Made by a program: the position numbers and the translations under genes. From a virus (lineage: Duplodnaviria; Caudoviricetes), in IMG/VR virus record IMGVR_UViG_3300042922_000225, positions 1-59,393 of that record: 59,393 bases of DNA; one strand, 5' to 3'. Shown here one piece after another: positions 36,925 to 46,372 of this stretch (its first letter is position 1; every line of letters begins with the position of its first letter). The notes under the pieces were generated by a model. It was not told where the DNA came from. It ran no database searches and worked only from the letters and a program-made list of their open reading frames with translations.

Positions 36925-37380
36925 GTGATCGAATCTATCTTCTTTAACCCCTGGATCTGGATCGGGACCACCCTATGCACGATCCTGGTGGCGGTACTGA
37001 TTTTCGCAGTAGTGAGGGCTATTAGGGGCTCTGACGGGTATCTGGAGGACTGGCCCTGGATTACGGCTATCATCTCGGGCATCCTCGCCCTAGTTTTGGT
37101 GCCGACCCACTTCGGGTTTGTGCTCCCGCCCTACGACGCTTCGTTCTATCAGACCTACCGAATTACCGGGGAAGTGACGAGCATCGAGGCAGCGTTTAAC
37201 GGCGAGGAGGGGACCATGAGTCAGGTATTTGTCGCGGAGGTCGAGGGTGTAGACCTATTCATCCGTTCCGACGATCAGCGGTTCCGCACCGTCGATACGG
37301 GCGATGACGTGAACCTCGTTTGCACAAAGCAGTTCCGGTACTTCCAGCAGCCTTGGTACGATTGCAGCTTCGGAGGCTGA
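36925..37380 (+). CDS. Moron membrane protein (two TM plus a C-terminal soluble domain)
   Basis: Two hydrophobic helices, GAGGAGG RBS, own promoter, terminator at ~37390-37423. Confidence 0.7.
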   Translation: MIESIFFNPWIWIGTTLCTILVAVLIFAVVRAIRGSDGYLEDWPWITAIISGILALVLVPTHFGFVLPPYDASFYQTYRITGEVTSIEAAFNGEEGTMSQVFVAEVEGVDLFIRSDDQRFRTVDTGDDVNLVCTKQFRYFQQPWYDCSFGG

Positions 37381-37468
37381 TCGTACCCCGCAAGCCCCTT
37401 GTTCTTCGGAGCAGGGGGTTTTTGCGTGCCGCCTGATAAACTGGATTATAGACGTTTGGAGAGAGTTT

Positions 37469-37936
37469 ATGCCCGTTTCCTACCCGCAGGGTCACCCCGG
37501 AGTTTACCCGGTGGACGGCACCACCGATGTTGGCGCATTCCGCATCCTGTATGGGGACGTTAACTCCACCCCTTACGAGCCTGTGGAGCCGGGCTACCAG
37601 TCGTACGACGAGCTTTCGGACGCAGAGATCGAAGCGTTCCTGGCTCAAGGCGGCGGCTCGGTAACGCGCTCAATTGCGTACCTGTACCTCTCTCTTGCGG
37701 GCGATGCGGCCAAGCAGTCCATGTCAATCCAGGACCATGATCTCCGGGTAGACCTCTCCAAGCGCGCCGCGGATCTCCGGGCTCTGGCTGAGTTTTGGTT
37801 TGGGCGCGAGGACGCTGACGGTGCCGTAGAGGACGCTTTCCAGATCGTACCTACCGGTACAGGACACGGAGACTTCATTCCCGAGGCCGCAAGCCCTGTG
37901 TGGGGCCGCGCATACACGTGGGCACGGTGGCGTTAA
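37469..37936 (+). CDS. Head-to-tail adaptor
   Basis: FRILYGD, LSDAEIEAFL, DLRVD..KRAADLRALA; synteny. Confidence 0.75.
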   Translation: MPVSYPQGHPGVYPVDGTTDVGAFRILYGDVNSTPYEPVEPGYQSYDELSDAEIEAFLAQGGGSVTRSIAYLYLSLAGDAAKQSMSIQDHDLRVDLSKRAADLRALAEFWFGREDADGAVEDAFQIVPTGTGHGDFIPEAASPVWGRAYTWARWR

Positions 37937-38392
37937 GTGCCGCGTTTGGGCGGCGGTAACTGGGCGGACGCTATTGCCGAGGTTTCGGAGCGTCCCGAGT
38001 TCCAGCGCGCCTCTATCCGCATTGCACAGCCCGCAGACCCGGTAGACCCCGACGAGGACTACTACAACCCCGAGACGGGTGAGTTCGAGTACCCCGAGGA
38101 CGTTGACCTGTACACGGGCCGTGCTCGGATCATGCCTATCCGCGAGTCCTCAGACGACATGGGCGGCATTAACCGGACTACGGTCATTGGTATTCGCGTG
38201 CAGATTCCCCGTGCTGAGGCTAACTTCCGTATCCGGCGGGGCATTCGCATCTTCGTTGATGCCTCCCCCGATAACCCGAGCCTTGTAGGCCGCATTTTCA
38301 CGGTGGCCGATGATTACCAGGGCTCTAGTGCCGCGTCCCGGACAATCATGGCGTATGCGGACGTGGACGATGAGGTGTCAAGTGGCGAATAA
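37937..38392 (+). CDS. Head-to-tail stopper
   Basis: YNPETGE..LYTGRARI, RVQIP, DNPSLVGRIFTV. Confidence 0.72.
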   Translation: MPRLGGGNWADAIAEVSERPEFQRASIRIAQPADPVDPDEDYYNPETGEFEYPEDVDLYTGRARIMPIRESSDDMGGINRTTVIGIRVQIPRAEANFRIRRGIRIFVDASPDNPSLVGRIFTVADDYQGSSAASRTIMAYADVDDEVSSGE

Positions 38393-38768
38393 CGGCAACT
38401 TCGGGGAGGCAGTCCTTGCGTTCTTCCGCGAGAAAGTGGACAACCTGGAAAACGGGACGCGGGATGCGGCGATCAACGCGGGAGAAGAAATCGCAAACCT
38501 CACCCGCCACCACATCGAGACCCGAGGAATCTCAAAGCCGGGACGTATAGAAACCGGGCGGATGTTGGATTCGGTGGATAGCCGGGTCACCGAGAACACC
38601 GCGGACCACGTTCAGGTTAAGGCGGGATTCCACGATGCGCCTTCGTATACGGTCTTCCAGGAGCTAGGTACCCGGTCGATTGAGCCGATGTGGGCACTCA
38701 CCGATGCCGCAGAAGAAGTCCTCCCCAAACTCAAGCGCGATATTGACGGGGTGATCCGCCGAGCATGA
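38382..38768 (+). CDS. Neck protein (HK97 gp10-like)
   Basis: GRIETGRMLDSV and YTVFQELGT motifs. Confidence 0.75.
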   Translation: MANNGNFGEAVLAFFREKVDNLENGTRDAAINAGEEIANLTRHHIETRGISKPGRIETGRMLDSVDSRVTENTADHVQVKAGFHDAPSYTVFQELGTRSIEPMWALTDAAEEVLPKLKRDIDGVIRRA

Positions 38769-39193
38769 CAAGCGAAGAATCGGTCCAAGAGGCCATTATC
38801 GAGGACCTGAAAGCTGCCCTTGTCGAAGAGGTTTACGAGTCCCGCTACGTGGAGGCCCAGCACCTTAAGAAGACTAGCCGGGGAGACCTCATCCCGTTCT
38901 ACATTGTGGACTTCGGGGACCTCGGTCAAAACGGCGCGCGGAGCTTTGTAGGGCCTCGCGGAGATGACTATGAAATCCCGATTTACACGCAGGCGGTTGC
39001 GGGTAACCCCCGCCGGGCGCGCCTTCTCGCCAACAAGCTGAACGACATTTTGCTGGGGAACGGCTACGACTGGTCAGGCCAAGTCCGTAAGCGCATGGGG
39101 GGCGGCGGTTCTTTGCCGGTGAACGTCTCAAGCGATGCCACCGAAGGATACGCTACTCCCCGAACGTTCGCTGTGACAATCCAGTTCAACTGA
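38765..39193 (+). CDS. Tail terminator
   Basis: Synteny; PFYIVDFG. Confidence 0.7.
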   Translation: MTSEESVQEAIIEDLKAALVEEVYESRYVEAQHLKKTSRGDLIPFYIVDFGDLGQNGARSFVGPRGDDYEIPIYTQAVAGNPRRARLLANKLNDILLGNGYDWSGQVRKRMGGGGSLPVNVSSDATEGYATPRTFAVTIQFN

Positions 39194-39208
39194 TAGAATG
39201 GAATAGAT

Positions 39209-39415
39209 ATGGAACTCGTGGAAGTGCTTAACAAGGAAACCGGTGAGCGCGGCGTTATTCGTCGTGACTGGTTCGAGAACCCCGCGATCAACGCAGGCAT
39301 TCTTGAAGAGGTTGAGTCCGACCAGAAGCCCTATGTCCGTGAGCTTTTCCGTAGCCGCATGGAGCCGACGCACACGCCCGGTCCCGAGATTGAGGAAGAC
39401 CCCGCGGGGGACTAA
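39209..39415 (+). CDS. Hypothetical late protein
   Basis: ATG 9 nt after the motif variant CTGATAGAAT. Confidence 0.6.
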   Translation: MELVEVLNKETGERGVIRRDWFENPAINAGILEEVESDQKPYVRELFRSRMEPTHTPGPEIEEDPAGD

Positions 39416-39418
39416 ACC

Positions 39419-40138
39419 CTAATCCCGCTTGAACATGGGTGGTCGGCTAATAACGTCGGCCACCTTTCTCATTCTCTCGGCGTCGTCTCGACACATTCCC
39501 GCCGCCGTGTTGCAACCGCTGCAAAGATAAGCCACAACGCACTTCCCGCAGGAACGGCCTGCTTGCGGACAACATGAGTGATCGTGGTGGATGTGAAGGT
39601 CCTTGCCCTCCCCGTCAAACCCGCAAGCCTCGCATGTTCCGTTACGCATCAGGTAAGCCAACTCATCCCAGGTCAAGCCAAACCGCTGGGCGCGACCCGA
39701 GTGCTTATTACACATTCCGTTCTGCCCCGTCCGTTCGCACCTAAAAACGCGGCAGGGGTATGTCCTGTCCTCCGTCCAGGGTGCCGCCCCGGAATCCCGC
39801 ACCGATTTGTAATGACGCTCGCAGTAGCCCCGCACGTCTACAGCCCGGTTGCACCCGTCGAACTTACAATGTGTCCCCGATCCCGGGCCATAGGTTTCCC
39901 CCGTCCTGAGCCACTTCATGTAGTGAGACTTGCACCACCCCCGGGTGCGCGCGTAGGCTTGACAACCCTCGTGGCCGCACAGCGGGCGTGGGCCGTTCAC
40001 CCCTCGGGATTGAATGGGTCTAAGGGTCCCGCCCTTTCGATACTGGATCTGATGTGATTGGCACAGACCAGTGTCCCGGAAGTTCAACCGGTTCCAGCAT
40101 CCATCGAAGGCACATGGGGTTGTATCGTTTTTAATCAT
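39419..40138 (-). CDS. Endonuclease VII-family homing endonuclease with four zinc-finger repeats
   Basis: FGLT, CEAC, LHIHHDHSCC...CGKCV..YLCSGCN; leaderless promoter TGgTACGAT; antisense within the tail operon. Confidence 0.85.
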   Translation of the reverse strand: MIKNDTTPCAFDGCWNRLNFRDTGLCQSHQIQYRKGGTLRPIQSRGVNGPRPLCGHEGCQAYARTRGWCKSHYMKWLRTGETYGPGSGTHCKFDGCNRAVDVRGYCERHYKSVRDSGAAPWTEDRTYPCRVFRCERTGQNGMCNKHSGRAQRFGLTWDELAYLMRNGTCEACGFDGEGKDLHIHHDHSCCPQAGRSCGKCVVAYLCSGCNTAAGMCRDDAERMRKVADVISRPPMFKRD

Positions 40139-40222
40139 CGCTCAATCGTACCACACTTATCTCAGGCCATTCTACCGTCGAATGATAGACTAGAGTAGAG
40201 AACTTCTTTGAAAGGACAACCT

Positions 40223-40789
40223 GTGTCGCTTGCTAGACTAGAACGGGATCAGGTCTACCGCTTCCTGTTGGCCTCCCCCCTCGCCTTCGCGGATTGGACG
40301 CAGCCGACCGTTGCGGAACTCAACGCTAACCCCACGAACGACCCGAACGGGCTGATCTTCAACCTGACGTGTGCATTGTCGACCGACGGCACGACATTTG
40401 ATCTGGGTGAGCCCGAGCTTGACGACAGCCTTTCGTTCTGCCAGAAGGCGGGCGACACGGAGCGCATGGCGGAGAACGCTGAGATCGTCTTCGAGGTGTT
40501 CCGCTCTCGTGCCCGGTGGACCAACGCCGCTTCCACCGCAGCAGTCGATGGCTTCAACTCGGCCAACCTGGCATTCTCGCTTCTGGCATGGCGCGGTGTG
40601 GAGTACTTCGCGATCCTCTCCATTGGTAAGGACGAGGACGCGCCTTTTGAGGTTGACGACCGGATCAAAATGGCCCGCGTTGCAACTGACCACGGTGTAG
40701 ATGTTATGGGTTCGGGCGAGAACGTGCGCCTGTCCAACGACTTCGCTAACCGTTCCGACATCAACTGGAATTACCGCCTCACGGCGTAA
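40223..40789 (+). CDS. Tail tube-like protein (paralog 1)
   Basis: PTVAELN...NLTCAL...SFC pattern of actinophage tail tube proteins. Confidence 0.7.
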   Translation: MSLARLERDQVYRFLLASPLAFADWTQPTVAELNANPTNDPNGLIFNLTCALSTDGTTFDLGEPELDDSLSFCQKAGDTERMAENAEIVFEVFRSRARWTNAASTAAVDGFNSANLAFSLLAWRGVEYFAILSIGKDEDAPFEVDDRIKMARVATDHGVDVMGSGENVRLSNDFANRSDINWNYRLTA

Positions 40790-40800
40790 GGAGTAGAACA

Positions 40801-41616
40801 GTGCCCGTGGATTACGAACGGCTCCGGAGCAACGCGCGACAGTCCGTCGTTGACGTTCGAATCGGACCCTCCGGCGGTACCACTCTTGGTATCACGGACC
40901 TGGCTGTGCCCCTTGCCACCGAGCTTAACAACACTGGCGGAACCTCGGGTATGCAGAAGGCATCGCAGAGCATCAGTTGGAACGACTGGAGCTTCGGCCT
41001 TGAGGCTTCCGAGACCAACAACGAGCCGTCGCTTGCTGACGCGGCTTCCTACGAGGAGTTCGGTCAGTCCAACTACGGCGGCGATGTTTCGTTCTACATG
41101 CCTGCCACTTACGATGACAATAGCAACGCGCATAGCGTCATCTACGACCTGACCGACCAGCCGGGTACGATCAACGACATCTCGATCCGCATTGACGGGG
41201 ACAAGGCCGTTGGTTCGGACTTCGTGGACGGCGACTACGTTTCGGCATTCCGCGCGGAGATCGGTGGAGAGGCCAACCCCTTCACCCCGGGCGAGTCCAA
41301 GCGCCGGACGGTTTCGTACAACCAGAAGGGCGACTTCTCGCATTACACGGTTGTCGGCACCCACACCATCGTTCCGATCCCCGCCCCCACCGACCCGTGG
41401 GATGCAGGCCGGAAGGCACGCCTTCGCGCGTCGGTCCAGGGCCGCGAGTACACCAACGCTCTTGAGTTCCGCTCCTCGGACGCGACGGTTGTGGACATCT
41501 ACAAGGGCGGCTTCTATGAGGTCACCGGTACCGCGGGCGACACGGCCACGATCACCATTGAGGACGTTGAGGCCGGTACGTCGGTTGATGTCGAGGTGAC
41601 GGTTACCGCGCCGTAA
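40801..41616 (+). CDS. Major tail protein with a C-terminal Ig-like domain
   Basis: PLATELN; C-terminal FRSSDATVV...GDTATITI Ig-like segment; terminator follows. Confidence 0.8.
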   Translation: MPVDYERLRSNARQSVVDVRIGPSGGTTLGITDLAVPLATELNNTGGTSGMQKASQSISWNDWSFGLEASETNNEPSLADAASYEEFGQSNYGGDVSFYMPATYDDNSNAHSVIYDLTDQPGTINDISIRIDGDKAVGSDFVDGDYVSAFRAEIGGEANPFTPGESKRRTVSYNQKGDFSHYTVVGTHTIVPIPAPTDPWDAGRKARLRASVQGREYTNALEFRSSDATVVDIYKGGFYEVTGTAGDTATITIEDVEAGTSVDVEVTVTAP

Positions 41617-41630
41617 GCAACCCCCCCCCC

Positions 41631-41669
41631 ACACGACCCCTCTTGCTTAGGTAGGAGGGGTTTCGTGTT
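41631..41669 (+). terminator. Intrinsic terminator
   Basis: ACACGACCCCTCTTGC / GTAGGAGGGGTTTCGTGT hairpin. Confidence 0.7.
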
Positions 41670-41682
41670 CCCAGGAACTTTT

Positions 41683-41736
41683 CAGGTTGAGGGTGGCGGT
41701 TTGGGGTTCGGGGATGGTAGTGTCGAGGTAGACAAC
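41683..41736 (+). repeat. 54-bp moron promoter cassette, copy 2
   Basis: 50/54 identical to 36856-36909. Confidence 0.85.
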
Positions 41737-41762
41737 ATACTTCGACTTTGGAGCAAAGATTC

Positions 41763-42032
41763 GTGACTTATACCCGCCCCGTATACATGACCAACCCCGC
41801 GTACACTTCGGGGTGGAAGATAGTAACGCTTAGTTTACTTGCTGGCGTTCTCTCCACCGCTGGGTTTTTTGGCGTTGGGTGGGGCCTGGCGAATCTAGCT
41901 TATAACTTGTTCGGTGTGCCCCTGTCGATGATCGGGTTTATGGGTCTGGTCACGGGGTATGTCGGATGTGCGGTGGGGAGGGCGTCAGGTTGGGTGACAT
42001 ATCACTCGATCTCGCAGACGAGGCGGGCATAA
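41763..42032 (+). CDS. Moron two-TM membrane protein
   Basis: Two Gly-rich hydrophobic helices; inserted between the major tail and chaperone genes. Confidence 0.6.
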   Translation: MTYTRPVYMTNPAYTSGWKIVTLSLLAGVLSTAGFFGVGWGLANLAYNLFGVPLSMIGFMGLVTGYVGCAVGRASGWVTYHSISQTRRA

Positions 42033-42153
42033 GCGGTTACCGCGCCGTAACTCCTGCTAAACTGGGATAGAGCACAAATAGCGTGCAAGCCCCCGGTCTT
42101 TCGGCTTCTAGGCTGGAGGGTCGGGGGTCACGCTTTTGATTGAGAGGGAGAAC

Positions 42154-42741
42154 ATGACTGACGTTACGCCTAACCCGAAGACGCTTGACCTGGGAGCGAT
42201 TCTTGCCGGGATTTCTTACCCCAAGGACACTGTAGAGGTCTGGCTCGATGAGGCAACGGCCTACGAGATCAGCAAGGCGGATGCCGCTATCAAGCGCGCT
42301 GAGCTTATGGGGGACGCCGAACTGGTGTCTAAGCTGGAAACCGAGCGCGAAAAGCTGGTGGAGCTTGGGGCTTCCTCCCGGCTGGTTTTCCACCTGACTG
42401 GCGTTTCCCGAAAGGTCAAGGACGACATTATCACCAAGACCGATGAGAAGTTTAAGCCCGAGTATAGCTTCATGGGAACACGCGTGCCAAACCGGGAGGC
42501 GGACGACTACCACGCTAACTTGCGCTGGGCAGTCCACATTGAAAAGTTCGTGGCCGCTGACGGCTCCGAGCTTGTAGCCCCGGGGCCTGAAAGCATCGAG
42601 AAGTTCCGGGATCTAGCCCCCGCACCCGCAACCGAGGCTATCGAAAAGGCGATCACCAATCTTTCCGAGGGTGCCAAGAGCGGGTTTGAGTCCCTTGCCC
42701 AGGAGCACGCTTTTTTGTCACAGCCCTCACCCGGGGCGTAA
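42154..42741 (+). CDS. Tail assembly chaperone
   Basis: Synteny before the tape measure gene; GAGGGAG RBS; slippery site near the end. Confidence 0.8.
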   Translation: MTDVTPNPKTLDLGAILAGISYPKDTVEVWLDEATAYEISKADAAIKRAELMGDAELVSKLETEREKLVELGASSRLVFHLTGVSRKVKDDIITKTDEKFKPEYSFMGTRVPNREADDYHANLRWAVHIEKFVAADGSELVAPGPESIEKFRDLAPAPATEAIEKAITNLSEGAKSGFESLAQEHAFLSQPSPGA

Positions 42742-43163
42742 GCAGACGATACCTGCCGACGATTAGAGCCGCCCGGGACTGGAAAAAGCGGCCCACCACG
42801 GTCATCATGCGTGACGACTGGTACGGTCACCGGGACCCGATCACGTTCTCACCCACAGGGGACAAGGACGAATGGCTCGACTGGGACCATGCGCTGATTG
42901 ATGCACTTCAGACCATCGAAGATTACTCCGACCAGTACGGGCTCCTCAAGTGGGAGTTGGATGACCCCCATGTAGAAGTCGATGCGGTGAAGAAGATTCA
43001 CCCGTTCGAAAAAGCCCGGGATGTCCAGACCAAGGGCGCGAAGAACAAGCCGTATACCCCTGAGCCCGGGGAATACTTTGTACCGGACATCTGGACCCGC
43101 GATAAGAAGGGCCTCCAAACGTATCAGGAGTGGCTTGAGAAACAGATAGCCGAAGAAGACTAA
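42711..43163 (+). CDS. Tail assembly chaperone -1 frameshift extension
   Basis: T TTT TTG at 42711-42717; the -1 frame is open from there into ORF 42807-43163. Confidence 0.75.
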   Translation, partial: FFVTALTRGVSRRYLPTIRAARDWKKRPTTVIMRDDWYGHRDPITFSPTGDKDEWLDWDHALIDALQTIEDYSDQYGLLKWELDDPHVEVDAVKKIHPFEKARDVQTKGAKNKPYTPEPGEYFVPDIWTRDKKGLQTYQEWLEKQIAEED

Positions 43164-43249
43164 AGCACAGCCCCGTTTACCCCGGTAGGCGGGGTTTTGC
43201 TGTGCCCTGATAAAATGGATAAGAGGCGCTTTTATCGACGGGACATTGC

Positions 43250-46200
43250 ATGGCTGACAGCTTTAACTGGTCCGTACTGGTCGATATCGCCACCAAGGGC
43301 GCAAAGGGCACCGAAGCGGAAATTCGCTCCGTCGCTAACGCCGTTGACCAGCTTTCCCGAGAGAACAAGCTGGGAGAAAAGGACACCGAGCGTCACACCC
43401 GCACCCTCGACCGGATGGGTAAGCAGGCCACATCCACGAGCGGTAACGTTGATCGGCTGGCGAACTCAACTAACTCCCTCCGGTACGCGAACTACGATCT
43501 TGCTTCTACCCTGCTTGGGGTATCGGCGGGGCTGACGGCTGTCGGGGCGGCAACGGTTACAGCTTTTGCGTCCCAGGAATCGGCGTTTACGACTGTAGAG
43601 CGCATTACCACCGGCTCTGCCGCCTCCATTTCCGAGCTTCGTGACGAGCTTCAGGCTCTGTCCACTGAACTACCCGTTTCCTTCCAGGGGCTCTCCGAAA
43701 TCGCATCGCTCGGTGCGGCCCTCGATATCCCAGCCGAATCACTGGCTAAGTTCACCGAAACGGTGGCAAAGTTCTCCGCCACCACGGGAGTTACTACGGA
43801 AGCCGCCGCTGCGGGGTTTGGTCGCCTTGCCGCTTACCTGGAAATCCCGCAGGAGCAGTTTGACGCTCTAGGGTCTGCGATCCTCAAGGCGGGTAACATC
43901 TCCGTTGCCACCGAGGAGCAGGTTCTTAAGTTCGCTCAGGCCCTCGCCCTCCCCGGTGCCCGCGCGGGAATCTCCGCGGAGCAGGTGGTGGGCCTTGGCG
44001 CTACGATTGCGTCCTTCGGTAACATTAACGTTGAAGGTGCGGGCTCAGCAGTCACCCGAATTTTCACGGGTATCGACCGGGCGGTTCGGGATGGCGAAGA
44101 GTCTCTGAACAACTTTGCCGCTGCTGCGGGGTATTCGGCCCAGCAATTCGGTATCGCCTGGGAGCAGGACGCCGGGGCGGTGCTCAACCGCGTGCTGGCC
44201 GGGTTGAACTCTGACGTTGGGAACCTTGCGACAAACCTTGACACCCTGGGTTTCCGTAACGTCCGAGACCGCCGGGTTCTTGAGGCTCTGGTTCTCCAGT
44301 ACGACAAGTACCGCTCCATCCTGGGTGAGACCACCTCGGCATGGCGCGAAGGCACGTACATGAACGAGGCTTACGGCCTGGTGCTGGATGACATTGCTTC
44401 GAAGTTCCAGATATTCCTGAACGCGGTCACTAACGCAGCTGCGGCTATCGGGTCGGCTCTGGCTCCCGCTATCGGGGCTCTGCTGGACGGTACGACCGAC
44501 CTGCTTGTTAACCTCGCCGCATTCGCTAGCTCCCCACTGGGGCAGTTTTTTACCCGGATGGCAGTGGGCATTCTTGCCGCTGTGGCGGCTTGGGCGGCTC
44601 TTCGCGGAGGCATTGCTTTGGCTACCGCGGCTACTTTCGCCTTCAACACGGCAACTTCTCTCATGGGCGGCAAGGGCATTATCGCGGGTATCCGGGGTCT
44701 CGCCACCGCCCTGGGAATTTACACCGCCGCAACGGGGACGGCAACCCGAGGGACTATCAACTTCGCCACCGCGTTCAAGGTTCTGGGGCGGGCCACTGTC
44801 GTCATCGGCATCCTCTCACTACTCGGCCAATTGTTTTTGGACCTGGGTGGGACTGTGCAGTGGGCTGGGGAGCAGATTTCCCGGTTCGGGTCTTTCCTGC
44901 GGAGCCTGAATTGGGGTGGAGCCTTTAACGAAGGTGCCGAACAGATTCGAGACTTCGGTAACAGTGTCCAGGAGTGGAGCAAGCATATCCCCCGGGCAAG
45001 CACCGCCACGGAGGACTTCGAGCGCTCTGGCGGTAACCTCAACGATGTTCTGGCTCAGATGGATGACGAGTTCGGTAACGTCGAAGACTCTGCTGCCGCT
45101 ATGGCCGATCAGGTCCGCACGCTGGTGGATTACGCCAACGACCTGTCTTCGGTGTGGAGCCGAGCGTTCGAGATTCGCTTTACCCCCCAGCAGACCCTTG
45201 ACGCGATCACGACTTCGTTCCAGGGAATCCGAGATGCATCCGAAGCTGCCCGCCGGAACATTCGTGGCCTTCAGGCTGAGATCTCCGGCCTTAACTCCGA
45301 CATCAACATTCAGCAGCAGTTCCTTGGTATCGCACAGCAGTACGGTGACACCACCCGTGCTCAGGCTATCCAGGCGAACCTTTCCAAGCTTCAGGCGGAC
45401 CTTGCGGAGAAGACCGCTTCGCTTGCGGAAGAGCGCGAGAAAGACAACAAGACCCTCGTCGGTAACTCCAAGGCGGCCATCCAAAACCGCACAACGCTCA
45501 CGGGTCTCGTACAGCAGTACCAGGCGCACATTCAGTCCCTCGCGAACTCCGGGCTCTCCACTGAAGAACTCCAGCGTCAGACCGAGCAACTGCGCCAGGA
45601 CTTCATCACCCAGGCTACCCAGCTTGGCTTTAACCGGGGGGAGCTTGGGCTTTACGAGCAGTCCTTCCGGGACGTTACCGTTGCGATCCAGAACGTTCCT
45701 CGCGACATTACGGTGAACTTCAACGCCGACCCCGCCTTGCAGGCCATGAATGAGTTTGTGGCGCGCTCTCAGCAGGCAGGCCAAAACGCCGGGCAGAGCT
45801 TCGCTTCCGGGTTCAATACGGGCGTTGACGACATGCGCATGGCGATGGAGAAGGCCACCTCGATTATTCAGTTGGTCAAGGACACCTGGGGCGGCGGGTC
45901 TAGCGGTCGTTCGCGTTCTGGCGGCGGGTCGTGGGGCGGTCTTGGCAACCCGATTGCCGACTGGGCCTACGACATTGGCCGGAACATCCGGGGCTACGCA
46001 GACGGCGGCTACACCGGACGGGGCGGCAAGTACGAGGCGGCGGGCGTTGTCCATCGCGGCGAGTACGTGATCCCGGCCAAGCATGTTAACCAGGCCACGG
46101 GACTTCCGAACGCCGATGCGATGGGTCGTCTTCAGCGGGGAGCCCCAACCCGGCAGGGTTACGCCAACGGCGGCTTCGTGCGCGGTGGCGGTATGGGCGG

Positions 46201-46336
46201 TCAGGTCACGCTTTCTCCAACGTCCATTCAGCAGCTTGCAATGGTCATGGACAAGATCATTTCCCTCGATGGCCGGGTGGTCGGAGAAACCGCATCACGT
46301 TCGTACCAGACCGGAACTACGGTCGGAAAATACTAG
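43250..46336 (+). CDS. Tape measure protein
   Basis: 1028 aa, Ala-rich helical, TP901-like core, hydrophobic segments, GYADGGYTG..GVVHRGEYVIP. Confidence 0.93.
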   Translation: MADSFNWSVLVDIATKGAKGTEAEIRSVANAVDQLSRENKLGEKDTERHTRTLDRMGKQATSTSGNVDRLANSTNSLRYANYDLASTLLGVSAGLTAVGAATVTAFASQESAFTTVERITTGSAASISELRDELQALSTELPVSFQGLSEIASLGAALDIPAESLAKFTETVAKFSATTGVTTEAAAAGFGRLAAYLEIPQEQFDALGSAILKAGNISVATEEQVLKFAQALALPGARAGISAEQVVGLGATIASFGNINVEGAGSAVTRIFTGIDRAVRDGEESLNNFAAAAGYSAQQFGIAWEQDAGAVLNRVLAGLNSDVGNLATNLDTLGFRNVRDRRVLEALVLQYDKYRSILGETTSAWREGTYMNEAYGLVLDDIASKFQIFLNAVTNAAAAIGSALAPAIGALLDGTTDLLVNLAAFASSPLGQFFTRMAVGILAAVAAWAALRGGIALATAATFAFNTATSLMGGKGIIAGIRGLATALGIYTAATGTATRGTINFATAFKVLGRATVVIGILSLLGQLFLDLGGTVQWAGEQISRFGSFLRSLNWGGAFNEGAEQIRDFGNSVQEWSKHIPRASTATEDFERSGGNLNDVLAQMDDEFGNVEDSAAAMADQVRTLVDYANDLSSVWSRAFEIRFTPQQTLDAITTSFQGIRDASEAARRNIRGLQAEISGLNSDINIQQQFLGIAQQYGDTTRAQAIQANLSKLQADLAEKTASLAEEREKDNKTLVGNSKAAIQNRTTLTGLVQQYQAHIQSLANSGLSTEELQRQTEQLRQDFITQATQLGFNRGELGLYEQSFRDVTVAIQNVPRDITVNFNADPALQAMNEFVARSQQAGQNAGQSFASGFNTGVDDMRMAMEKATSIIQLVKDTWGGGSSGRSRSGGGSWGGLGNPIADWAYDIGRNIRGYADGGYTGRGGKYEAAGVVHRGEYVIPAKHVNQATGLPNADAMGRLQRGAPTRQGYANGGFVRGGGMGGQVTLSPTSIQQLAMVMDKIISLDGRVVGETASRSYQTGTTVGKY

Positions 46337-46372
46337 CCTGATAAACTGGTTAGAGAGACTTTTAGGAGCCTA

